Below, in pieces: positions 22,900-35,710 of a stretch of DNA of 64,000 nt. The stretch is taken from positions 228,059-292,058 of the forward strand of contig MNCI01001300.1 of assembly GCA_015680685.1 (NCBI GenBank), read 5' to 3'. This DNA comes from Gnetum montanum. Taxonomy: Eukaryota > Plantae > Gnetophyta. Each line of letters begins with the position of its first letter. Within the stretch, counting starts at the first letter, position 1. The notes beneath the pieces are model-generated. The model was not told the DNA's origin. It searched no databases and saw only the letters and a list, made by a program, of their open reading frames with translations. Both the position numbers and the translations under genes were made by a program.

Positions 22900-25400
22900 A
22901 AAAGAAGAATCCCCCTTGACATGGTTACTTGGTAGGAAAAGAAGTTGGAAGATCTAGGTGAAGACATGTGAAATCTATACAATTATACCTCTAGGTCTAT
23001 AACCATTTCTTGGAGCTCTTGATTTTGCTCATGCATTAGTTCTTGCTCTTGTAGGACTACTTTTTGCCATTCCTCAACATCAACCTAGAACTTCTCATGA
23101 CTCCTCTTAGCCTATAAGAGCTCACACTAGGGTACATCCAATTCAGTTGCTACTCAATGAATTTTCTCTTTAAGCTCTATGCATGGTTGAACTGCAAAAT
23201 CTTGGACCACACAAAGATACATTCTCCATTCTTGCTTGTACATTGTCTTTAGCCTCTTCGAGTCTCCTCTTAAGGACAACAACAACAACTTTAAGGTGGA
23301 GAATGTACATGTTTTCTAATAGGTTTATTTTTTTCTATATTAGTTCACTTGCAACCGTCTAATGAAGTTTGACATCACGGTGTCAAATTTCTTTTTCACA
23401 TCATGTCTCTCCTTGATTTCTTATTTATTTAATAGAGTTATAAGTTTTTGTAATCTATGTACCTTGAAATCCCAAGACAATTACTTAATTAGATGGATAT
23501 TTTTAAGCTCATTGGTTTTCTTGGTAATCTTATTTGCTAGCTCTTACTGCAAGTTCTAGCACTCTTTCTTTGTGTAGAGGTACTTGTTGTAAAATTGGAT
23601 CATGATTTATCTTTTATTCTTCAAGATTTGTACTTGTTGGAAAAAGGAAAGTACCTATTTTTTCTTTTCTTGGCTCATTCTTTTCCATTCTTAGGATTGA
23701 TATTTCAACATTCTTATTTGATGCTCTAAGCCATCTTTCATGAACACAACCTTCTCACAAACCTAATGCTCCTGAAAATGTTTAGCTTGCAAGTACTCGA
23801 TCCACACCTCCAAAGTGATTGTGGAAGGTGCTAGTACTAATGGTGTAAGATGTTGCAATTGTTCATGCAATCATCGTAACTTGGCCTGGCTTCTCCATAA
23901 CTTTCAAGGATAAAATGTTCTATTAGAATTAGTAGTTTTTAGCTTAGCTAGTACCTTGACAAGTTCAGTCTTAATCATATTTTTGATATTCCTTAATAGA
24001 AATTCTACACTAGGATCAACTATTTGCTTCTCCTCAACCTAATGGCTAGTCCTAGGTTGATTAGTAAATACCTAGAGACTTTAGCTACATGCTGGATGTT
24101 ATGAAAACTATGTCATGATCAATGTTAAGAGGAAACACTCCATGAGGGCACATGAGTGTAAGATTGAATAAGGGAATCAAAATGAGTCATCAGCAGATCA
24201 TTTAATCATGGAGAAGGGGACTAGAAGAGATCCTCCCTCATTGCCTTACCATTCATAATGGCTTTCATTATTTATAGAAAATTGCTATTAAAGTCTTGTG
24301 ACCCTTCAACATAGATTTTGGTAGCTTTCCTCTCATCTTCAATGTCCATGATAGGCTGAGAATTGCCACCAGGAACAAATTCATAGCTTTAACTAATTTT
24401 GAAGTTGGGAGGTTAGGAAATGGATTTACTTCATTGTTATACCTACATTCATTGAGATTCTTGAGGTATAGTTGGTGCTAGTGGAGTTGGTCTAAAGGTT
24501 CGATATGAGATACCTCTATGAAAGGCACCTCATCCTCTAAATTAGGTATAGCTCTAATGATCTTATAATGTCATCATGGAGCAACCACCATTGCAGTCTT
24601 CTAGTCTACGATGCTTGCTATTGCTGGGTTTCTTCCCATATGATTAACTATGCCTACCAATTTGTAAATTTTTTTGATGAGTCATGGAAAGGAATAAACC
24701 TCCCTTCTATCCTTGGCCATAACTTTGATCTTTTAGATCAAGTCCTTGTAGAGAAAAGATGGGATGTTTATGATATACTTTCTCCTCATCATTGCCACAA
24801 TCTTAGCCCTCTGAGTAGAGATACCCAACAAATTTTTGATGGACATAAAGTTGTATGTGATAATTTTGCACATATTATTTTAAACTAGGGGACATTTTGA
24901 CATCTTCACCTTCACTTTATCCGTGTCAAAGGCCTCTAGCATGACACTCAAACTAAGTTTGTTCTTAGTATTTTGAATTCATGGGGCACCAATTATTTGT
25001 TGGTTCATTTAGAAATCCTATAGCTCATGAGATTCTCCATGTGGACATAGGCACAAGGACTTTACCAACAAAGGTCATGGCACCATCAACAATGAGGTTT
25101 TAGTAGAACTTCTCCATCTTGTACCAATATCATATGAAGGGTTGGGTGATGTAACTTTAGAAGCCCGTTCACTATAGTAACTTCTTGAGCTTAGGAGGAG
25201 CAAGTTAAAGGAATTGATGATAGTTATTTTTCTAATGAATTGATCACTAGAAAATATCATGAGTAGGCACATCCTCTTGTGTGTTATGTTGATCTTCATC
25301 ATCATCTTTTTCTAGCTCCTCTAGTAATTATTTGACTACATGCTACTGTGCACATGCTTGAACCAAGGACTAAGAACATGATTGCATGCCTTTCAATATA
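22900..25400 (-). pseudogene. env-like/extra ORF remnant with coiled-coil-like C-terminal part
   Basis: Minus 24885-24650 reads FKIIC..LCPSK../IVAMMRRKYIINIPSFLYKDLI, similar in pattern to the element 1 ORF (FKIG..FPTK..IST..VILMGK..NFPHLY); many stops; limits approximate. Confidence 0.45.
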
Positions 25401-28400
25401 CTTCTAGGTGGATGCATGTGTAGGGTAGGGCCTATAGGATTTAGTATAGGATTTGTATGTTCCAGATTGGGGGATCAAAGTTCTTTACCTTCTTCTTTCT
25501 CAAGAACTAGTGATTCATGCAAAGGACCATAGATAGAGACATGAGAATATTCAACCTTAACCATCCTTGGTTGATGGAGCTTGGATTATAATCATCCCAA
25601 CATGATTAGTTATGAAATTTGCTAAAAATCAAGTGAGTTTCTCTTAGGCATTATACTACTATTGCATAAAGTGTATGCAAGAATAATGATAAATATAATT
25701 CCTTGGGAAATAATTGAAAAACATCATCATAACTATTAAATTATGGCATGCATGGGTAAGAATGGATGAGGTAGAACTGTTTAAATAACTACCAAAAATA
25801 TTAAATACATACTTAATATGGTGTCTCTTCCCCACGACTAAGTTACAAGACACTAGGATTGAACCATTGCTAGAACATCAAGGATAGGAAGACCTAGGAA
25901 GAATGCATATAAAATATTATTAATCTGCTTGAAAGGTGAAATTTTTAATAGAGTTTTTCTTGTTTTTGATCCATGTAAGTAGAGGAAAGAAGAAAAATAT
26001 AAAATAAAAAGTGTAAGATGCTGTGTTGGATCTTCCAACTATATATAGGTTTGTTAATGCAAGGGGATGTGCTGGCATAGGGGCACCAATTACCCTACCC
26101 TAATGCATCATTTAAAACAAAAGGAATGTATCTAAATCTACTTCCATGCCTTTTACTCATCTTCAAATACAACTAAAGTGTGATTTGAGATATGTACCAT
26201 GTCAAAATCAATGAGGATTAACCTCACAAAGTATATGAGGAACAAAACAAGAAGAACATGATAAGCTTACCTTAGACGATGTCAATGGTTCATGGAAAAG
26301 AAGGTGTTTGATCAATATATACAATCCCAAGAATCTAGGACTTCTAAAGAGGGGTTAAGATAGTAGGAGAATGATTATAGAATCAAGAATAATAAAATAT
26401 AGGCATAATTAAGGTGGATTGATTGAGTTTAGCATGGTCAAACCTTAAAGCACCAAGAGTTTATTCTTATACATGTGAAAGACTAATCAAGTATTGTATG
26501 CAATGCAACCCATACCATCATTAAAAGATTAGCATTGGCTAAGTTCCATATGGTGCTTACCCATCAAGTATTTGCAAGTGAGTCCTCCTTAGAATAGACA
26601 CTTGTCTTCATTGCCCTTGTAAAACTTGTTGATGAGACATTCGTGGATTCTCAATAATCAATGAGAAATTAGTATCAAATATGAGTTCATCTTGTTGGAT
26701 GACTAGTTCTCATCCTTCATGTTGCTTGATGGATAAGAATGGAATAGAAGAGATGGAAAATTAATAATGGATGAGAGAGAGAGAGAGGAAGGGAAGGAGA
26801 GAGAGTACAACATCACTAGAGTCCTAGCCAACCATTCAATTAGTTCATAGAGTATGTGAGCATTATCTACACCCACAAAATATTTTCTACTATATCCTTC
26901 ATCGCTAATCATTAACAAAATAGGAATTGACCTCCAAGTATCCCTTCCAAGCACCAAGTCATACTTGCGCAATGCAATGACATCTAGCCTTGATTATTTC
27001 ACAGTCTAATCATTGTTGTAAGCCAAACCAAGGTAGTGTTTCATCCAACATCCAAAAGTGAAGATTTTGGTTTGATTTTCCTTCCTCCATGCATTTATGC
27101 ATGGTAGGCTTCCTAAATTTAGCTCTACCAAAACCATTCCATCAATCCTCTTGGCTATGCTAACAATTCCAAATCCCAACAAGAAGCACAACATCCTAAC
27201 CATTAAGATAATTTTTTGGGTTTAAATTCGGTTAAGGCTTAGATCAAGGATGAAAATAGTTGATGCTTGAAACAAATGATTAGGGGCTTGGATGAAAGTA
27301 ATGATTGACATCGCTAAGGTTAATAAAGAAAGAAACTTTTGGGCCTTCATGGCTATGGGTAGGAATGGACAAGAGATTATCTTGGACTACAATGTTATGG
27401 GAAGTCAAGTGATCTTGATAATGGGTTGAACATGAGAAAGGTTTGCATAGGGTTAGGTTCAACCAGTTTGATGTGAGTAAGTATTAGATCAATTTGGATG
27501 ATAAGCATACCAATTTGCACAACTAATAAGCTTGAAAGTATATTTATTTTCCCATTACCTCTTTACTCTTTTCTTCTTTTCTTTTATCAAAGTTTATTTT
27601 CTTTTTATCATCATCAATTTCATTTGTTTTATTTTTCATATATATATATATATTCATTTTCATTTTACAGGTTGAGGGTTTTTGATGTAGCATTGGAATT
27701 GTGGGAATGCTTAGAGTGCCAAATTACCACATGGATTCTTTGACTTACATGAACATGAGAATTTATGAAATCACAAACCTCTTTTGGCCAGGGTGGCCAA
27801 GCAAGGCACTACATGCACCTTGGTCTAACCACATTGATTAGACCCATCCAATGGTGACAATGACCCTTGATGACATACCCTTTCTATACCAATGACCAAG
27901 AACTATTCTAGAATTCTAAAGCTCATACCCTAAGGTGTGGATGCACTAGCTACCCACAATTCTAGTAGCATTACTTTCACCACTTGTAATGTAAGTCCAT
28001 ACTTCTCACTAAATCTAAGCTTGGTTTATTAGTGATGGATTGAAGAAAAGTGGTTGGAAGAATATTTTTGCATGGGCATTCTATCGATCAAAGTTTCATG
28101 TTTAACCCATTTGTCTCTCATGTATCATCATGACATATGAGCATTTATAAAGCTTCTAAACTAGTGTTCTTACATACACAGACAAAAATACTCCAAAAGA
28201 AAATAAAATTTTGTGATTGACTTGTTAACCTTAAAATGGTGAAAAATTCTAGCGAAGCACACAAATTCTTATTAATTACACAAATTAAAATAGTAGAAAA
28301 ATAAAAATTTGATATGGTTTAAAGGATTTCTCCCTCATGACTAATCCATGTCTATCACCTAGGAAGCCTCTAAGTGTTAAATTGAATGTTTAGCATGCTC

Positions 28401-29399
28401 AAAGATAAAAGATGTTCATTATAATGCACTAGGTATTGTCCCTATAGATGCTTTGTTTGGCTTATTTGAATGGCTTTTGTCCATGGTATATCAAGACTGG
28501 GAAGGATCATAAGATATTCTCTTGTAGTGCATCCTTCTAGTCTTGTCCCTTTTGTTGATCTCAAGATGGAGATCTTTGAAAATCAACTAGGAATTACAGT
28601 GGTTAACTAGGATTTTTCCATTATAATAGGAAGATCCTCTTCCATCTTATATTCTGAATTAAACACTAACAAATTATTAGGATACAACCATCCTACCACA
28701 AAAGTGGTTACATTGCATACCTATCCCACTTGTTGTATGTATGATCACTTAGCTAGCTAAAGTTAAATGTTAGTATGCTTGAGAGGAGGGAGTCCTAAAT
28801 CAAGATACCACTGGAGTGAAATAAGATTGACTTCTAAATAGAAGTCATAGAGATCTAGGTAAAGATATTTTTCACAAATCTAAATCTTCACCATGGAAAT
28901 GCTAGGATTTGGTTGCTTTTTGGGAAAACATTACTCTTTAATTGACCATGCTACTACTATAGACATAGAGATGATGACAACATCACCATTAGAAGCCATA
29001 GTGCTATCCCCACTAGACATAGTAATGGAACTCATCCCTAAAGTAGATATTACTATTAAATTATTATTAGGGATGTTCCTTGAGACCTCATAAGCATGGG
29101 CTTCCATTTTCCTTTAATCAATTTCCTCTTTGCAAGGTGGAGAAGAAACAAACATAGTCCCATGATTCTCATGTTTGCATTTATAGTAGAATTTCCTAGT
29201 GCGGGACGTAAAACTTCTCCCTACAATCAAATGAATAAATGATTGGCAATATTGCCTAGATGCATGGATAGAAGTAGGATCAAAACTATAGAAAGCATTA
29301 CTTTATTTGGCCTACCTTGGTTGTAATTGATTGGATATCTCACCTTGCATGGGACCATGAAGTATAAGCTGCTGCTACTATTGGGAAGCTTGGTTGATA

Positions 29400-31242
29400 G
29401 GATTGATGAAAATAGGTAGGTACTATTGAAATATTATCATTGGAGTTTGATTAGTACTTTATTGGGAATCATAGAAGTATGGATTAGATGAAGGAATTAT
29501 CTATTGTTACATTGGATTAGGAAGATTTCATGGAGCAACACCCCAAGGATTTGAAGTTTGCCATTTTTGGTACTGCTACATGGGTTGTAGATAAGCACCA
29601 CTAGGATAGTATGCATGGATGGGGCATGAAGTTCTTATTTCCCTCTTGAAAAATCTATGATTCAAAGGTATCCTAGATCACCTCATTTCACCAATCATGT
29701 GGGCCATGATTGGGCAGCATTGAGAATCAAGAGAGTATGCATAATATTCACAAGGACCCTCATCATTTGATGAGGATCTGGAAGCATCATTCAAATCTTC
29801 TTGAATGCTCTTGGAGTAAGAGAGCTTCTCCTTATGCTTGCCATCATACGTATTCCTTCATTCATTTGGTGAAATTATCTTGGTTGTAACCTCAACCATG
29901 TTATCTTTAATGTTCTTGAAAGTAGTGGTCATCTTCTCATCCAACATATCCTAGACTCAATCCACACAGTGGACCAAGCCCATCAAGGCTTTATTTGTTC
30001 TAATTTGATTCTTTGTAAGGGCCACAACTATAGTAGAAGGTTTGGTAGCACCTTTAATATTTTTAATCTCATGCCTACATAATGGATCACAATTATGTGC
30101 CTTTGTTGCTTTCACCATTCTTCCTCCATGGTATTAATGATGTTCAAAAGTGCTTTGATTTGGGCCACAGAATTTTTATGTAGTTGGCCCATCATGTACA
30201 TGTCCATGTTCTCTCTTGTTTCCTACCTTGTCCCTTCAACAATATGCATCAACTACTCTTATTAGCTAAAATGATGATTTAGGTAGTGATGAACATTTTT
30301 CATATAACTCTTCATGGTAATGTCAAGAGCCTTACAAGCTCCTTGCCTCTATCTAGCCATCTCCTTTTGGATGTTTAAGATTTAGAAATAGGTTTGAAAT
30401 TTTGTATAGAATATTTTAACCATATTTGTCAATTTTTGAATTGATCAAGGAGGCAAGGATTTATACCAAGCTTCTTCATGTTTAGTGACTTTATGGGGAA
30501 ACAACTACAACTTTTGCCAATCACTTACGATCTCTTAAAAATAGAAAGCATTGTCAAATACTTAGACATAAAGCTAGGAATCATCACTAGTATACCCTCT
30601 ATAGGTTGTTACATTAGCCATGTTAATTCATTTGATCTTGCTATCTAGAACATGCTTCCTTAGAATGTATATAAATTTTTCCAACTCATGATAATCATCT
30701 CAATTGAATAAAGAGGAATCATAATTACCACCAGTAGGTCTAGATAAATGTAAATGCTAGAACCTATAAAGTAGATCATCATGTTGGGCTACACTTGGTG
30801 TGAAGTTGGCCAACCAAGGGGCTTGCTGGTGGGTTGGCCCTTTGTCTTTTTGATTTGCCTTAGGCTCTTGATCCCCATCTGATTGAAAAAATGAAAAGTT
30901 ATGGCTAGCCTCTTTCATTGCCACTCGATCATAAAGATCTTAGATGTAAAAAGACTGATAGTCATCAAACATGGGTTCATGAGTCTTGTACATTTGTTCT
31001 AACATCATATTGATGAAGGCATCAATAAGATCACTTGGTGTAGTGACAACTAGATCTCTAGAGAATAGACCATGAGCATCCCTCCACATTCCCTTCTTAT
31101 CTATATGATAAGCTGGCATAACTGGTGAAAGGGTTTTATCCTTTGAGTGTTTAAAAATGATGAAAACCCTTCTTCTTGTTGGTGCACTACCAATGGTCTT
31201 AGGTAGGCTCTTAGTGCTATCTATCATTTCATTCATGTTCAT
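29400..31242 (-). pseudogene. gag: Athila gag remnant
   Basis: WYKSLPP*SIQKLTNMVKIFYTKFQ at ~30470-30390 (gag core motif), downstream of the PBS. Confidence 0.6.
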
Positions 31243-32769
31243 GATAACCTACATACATAAAACTAAAACACACACCAAATTTGAGTAAAAGTTAAAATTA
31301 AGAATGTACAAGTGTTTTTGGATAATTCACCAATGTCCTCGTTGGTAATGATGCCAATAATTGCAATTCCACAAATTTTGAATCCATGGAATATATCATA
31401 CAAATCATAGTTTGATCTGGTCATAAGCTTTGAGGATGATGTTGAGTAGATTGCTAAGAACACTTGTGTATATCATTGTATTTAATAAATAGAAAGGATA
31501 TTATAATACATATGATACAAATGAAAGCCCATGTTGCCATGATATAAGGTCGAGAAAATATTTATGATTTTTTGTTTATAATTTTTATGGATTTTATGGT
31601 TATAAAGAACAAAATGAAAGTAAACACACATGCATCACCATTCTACTTGGGGATAGGGGTAATGCTTGTGCACATGCACACAAAAACACATATTGTAATC
31701 ACTTAAGAGATAGGTGCAATAGTACACACAAAAAATAATAAAATGGTTGTTAGTTACAGCCTTGATGACCCAACACTAGAGCATAAAATTGTGATCTTCT
31801 TAGGTAAGATAGAATCATTGTAGCTTATGAAAATAAAAAAAATTAAATATTCTTATAATTTTAATTTTTATAATATTTTTGGTATTTTAATGTTTAATGC
31901 AGAAATGGTATAAAATTGAAGAAAACCCATAAGCTTTATTCGCTATGCAAATAATGGACCTTATCAACCAAATGGTTCTAGACGATGTAAGAAAGGTAGC
32001 ATTTTGATAAAGTCTAGCCACACTTTTAAAAGTGATGAATCAAAACACAGATAAAATAGGAAAAGAATCACTTACCCAAGGGAGGAAGAGCTCTTCACAT
32101 AAAATAAAACATCAAAATACCAAAGAAAATGCTTGAAATTAAGTTTGTTTCATATGGAACTCATCCCTAATATTTATAGTTTTCACAACACAATGATAGG
32201 GGTTTGGTAGTGCCCAAGTGTCAACATAGGTTCATCAACATAGCCTAGATAACCCAGAATACACTTGAGGTGGAACAAGAGGTAAAGTGCCCAAACTAGG
32301 GCATGGAGTGGGATGCGTCAACATTCCTATGTTGATGAAAGTGGTTCTCTAGCATAGGGAAGCTAGTGCATCCTTACCATCATACTTTACTCTTGTTTTC
32401 TAGGATGAAAGTTAGAAGGCCTTGGAACAAGTTGAAACCTTCCAAGGGTCTCTGAGCTAAGTCAAAAATTTTTTGAGAAGACTAAAACATGTTCCAAACA
32501 TATAAGTGGAAATTAGAAAGCAAAGATGCACAACTAGAAGATAGAAACCTTAACCATGCATGTGAAAATCATAAACACTAGGTGCATGAGATACATCCCA
32601 AATCCAGAACTTACAGTTGACTTCCAAAATGCCACTGAATGACTCATCACCTCCCATCCCTATATATATCCTAATATTGAAGATTGAATTTTAATTTTAA
32701 TCATTTAGTGAAATTCTATTTATTTTCTTAATCTTCATTTTTAATTGCATATATAATTCTTTAGCAATG

Positions 32770-34620
32770 ACAATCATAAATATTCACTTGAGAGGATGCT
32801 CAAGTGGTTAACTCATTATTTTACAAATAGTTGTAAACAAAATGCTACTAGTTTAAATCACATTTGAGGTAAAATTATATTATTATATAATTATTTTAAA
32901 GTATCATGTTGATTATATGTCTTTGGATGTACTTATAGTCAAATTATTTTGGGTTTCAACACTTCCCCTCTCTCTTCTTCTAATTATTAAAAAAATTACA
33001 TGTTAAATCCAACATCCCCTCTTCTAATAAAGTAACAAGATAATCTCATATTTCATACTGTTATTCAATGAAAAGTCACTCAAGTGGTTAATAACAATGA
33101 GGTGTTAGCTTAGTGATAAGACACATGATTTTGGAAGTTGCAGGTTATGGGTTCAATTCTAGTGGGTAATTCTGAGTTATATAAAGTTCTAATTGGACTA
33201 TATATCTTGGGGTGTACCTATGTTTCACTAATTTTAGGTTTCAAAACCTCCCACTGAAGTGGTTAGTTCATTGTTTAACAAGGATTTGCAATTAAGAGGT
33301 TGCCAATTTGAGTCATACTTAAGGCATCACTTTGTTCTTCTTAAGTTTTCTTGAAGTATCATGTTAGCTATATGTATTGAGATGTATTTATAGTCAAATT
33401 TTTTTAGGTTCCAAATTTTTCCTCTAATTGCCATTCCCTAGAAGTAGTTAATAATGTTGTTCTACATGATTTGGTCTCAATGAGGTATTAGCCTAATGGT
33501 AAGAGTCTTGGACTAGCAATGTTATGTCATAGGTTTGATTCTACTAGGTATCATTAAAATATAAATTGAACAAAATTTTCTAAAAGGAATTCTCAGACTA
33601 GTCCAATACATCTAAGAGGTCTTAATGGATGTAAGTAAAAATTTCAATTTTAGTTTCTATATGTCTTGGGGGTAAATATTGTTAAAAAAAATTAAGGTTT
33701 TAAGGGGGTTGTTGAGGTACCCTACAAAAATATTTAAATTAATTTATTAAAAAATAAGAAATAAGGTTGCATTAAGGAAATCATGCAAACAAGAAATATA
33801 ACTCTCCAAAATACCAAAAGGTATCCAAACTTTTATTTAGTATCATAAAATAGCTATAACAAAAAGAACATAAAGGATAATAATTGAGGTTATGAACTTT
33901 AAACTAACACCTATAGTAAAGCCAGAATAACAAAAATTTGCATCAATAATTCAAAAAAAAAGAGGATAAGGTTACAAACTACACAAAATAAAGGTAACAT
34001 CTGATTAAAGGAGAATAAATAGATCTTCTTAATCATTTAATTGCTAAAGAAAAAGGACATATTTATTTCTAACTATAGTAGATCCATCACTTCCAAGGAG
34101 TTGAAGCTAAAGGAAGAGATGGATGGAAAAGAAAAGGGCACTAGCTGAAAAAGAAACTTGGTAGCCCTTGAATAGATAATTATTTTATTGCTTTCAAACA
34201 AGGAAAAGAAATTAAAGAATATGAAAATGTTTTACAAGATTCAAGATGACATCTAAAATATAATCGGTAAGAGTAGGAGACAATAAGGACATAAGAAATG
34301 CTCAATCAAACATAAAAGTCATCATAGGGTTTATTGTTGAGCAATTCAAAAGAAAATGCAAAAGAGATTTTGAAGAATCACAAAAGATGCATTAAAGAGT
34401 ATGAAACCAAATCTATTACATTCTTGTACCCAATGGAAGTTCATTGTTAAGTAATAACAATATATAAACTATAATATTAGGTTGTGAACTAGTCCTTAAT
34501 TTCTTAAAATAATTTTTGATTAATTCTTCTAATGTATTATATTCTATTGGCTATATGTCTTAGGTTGTACATATAGTCATTTTTTAGGTTTGAAGAACTT
34601 TCCCCCCTTCAAACCAAATA
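32770..34620 (+). repeat. Degenerate dispersed repeat with tRNA-like (A/B box) segments
   Basis: ctatatgtcttggg(a)tgtac.tatagtca..tttt.ggttt recurs at ~32915, 33198, 33368, 33657, 34551; tRNA-like GGTGTTAGCTTAGTGATAAG..GGTTCAATTCT at 33101-33160 and a sister copy at 33483-33545. Confidence 0.55.
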
Positions 34621-35647
34621 ATTTTTTAATTGATGCATTAACCTAATCATTTCAGAATAACTTCAATATCATGATTTAAGCTACATTGACGTAGCGATAT
34701 GGATGTTACATGTGATGTCCTTTATATCTAGCTTAGATTTTTTAATGTATGAAACTAAGACTGCTATATAATATTCAACATGTGTTATAAGGAAACCTCT
34801 TTTGAATCCCTTTACATCCTTATAGGTGGAAGACTAAAGGGTTTTGGTAGCTTGAAAGATATCTTAGATCTTTGCAAATGTCTTGCTTGAGAGTTGGTCA
34901 TGCATAGAAGATGTCCTAGTCATCTAGAAGATGTCTTGTTTGAGAGTTGCCAGGTGATAATAAACATCTCATTTTCCTAGGAGACATCTTGACTAAGAGG
35001 GGAGATATCTTTGAGGAGACATCTTATATGAGGGGGAGATGTATTGTCTCTAGAGAAGGTATCATATTAGCATTATAGATGTCTTGCCTGCATCTTAGAT
35101 TTGCAAAAGAGATATCTTATGAAGCTTGTAGATGTCTTATTTGATTGGGATAAAGGTTTGAGATGGTAGATGCAATTCGAATATTAAATCCAAGCTTGGA
35201 AACATCAAGGAGTCTTCGTGCTAGTCGCGAGGAAGGTTTTTCTAAGGTCTTGATCTTGTAATTGATAAATATTGATCATGTTTGCATGTTTTAGATAGGA
35301 AAAGTGTAGAGAGTTTAGAGAGATTACATGAGAGTTATGTGCATCTTTGTGGTCAACTGGATATGTGATAGTGATCATTGTGTCTCTTATGGGTATTGAT
35401 AAGTTGTTCCTTACATTGAGGTTAATCCTATGTGTGGTTATAGAGCCTCATGCTTTGCAATAAAATTCCATGTGTGAGTGTGGTTATTATATAGGGTTAT
35501 GGTTCCATTGTATTTGAAATCTTCTTTCATTTTGAATAGAAGATAGCTACTTTTCTTGTTTTCTAGCAAATTCATTGTCTTGTATGCTATTTAGATTTCG
35601 TATGTTTTGAAGGGTTAAAGGAAATTAGAGTGACCCTACTCTAGGAT

Positions 35648-35659
35648 TGGTATCAGAGC
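35648..35659 (+). promoter_or_regulatory. Primer binding site, tRNA-iMet
   Basis: TGGTATCAGAGC exact. Confidence 0.92.
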
Positions 35660-35710
35660 ATTGGCTTATTGTTGTTTAAATTTTTTTAATGAATTTTTGT
35701 GTTTTTTTAA

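Larger units (their letters stand above)
21593..32649 (-). mobile_element. Old Athila-type element 3 with two diverged LTRs; gag and env-like remnants, no pol recognised
   Basis: LTRs ~21593-22721 and ~31358-32649 align along their length; minus-strand starts TGATAAG/TGATGAG; CCATGGGGTA before the 3' LTR as in element 2; decayed Asp PBS TGGCATCATTACC at 31344-31356; flanks TCTCT/CCTCC. Confidence 0.8.

Noticed and set aside
33101-33170. Functional tRNA gene
   Set aside because: A/B-box-like motifs only; acceptor and anticodon stems do not pair
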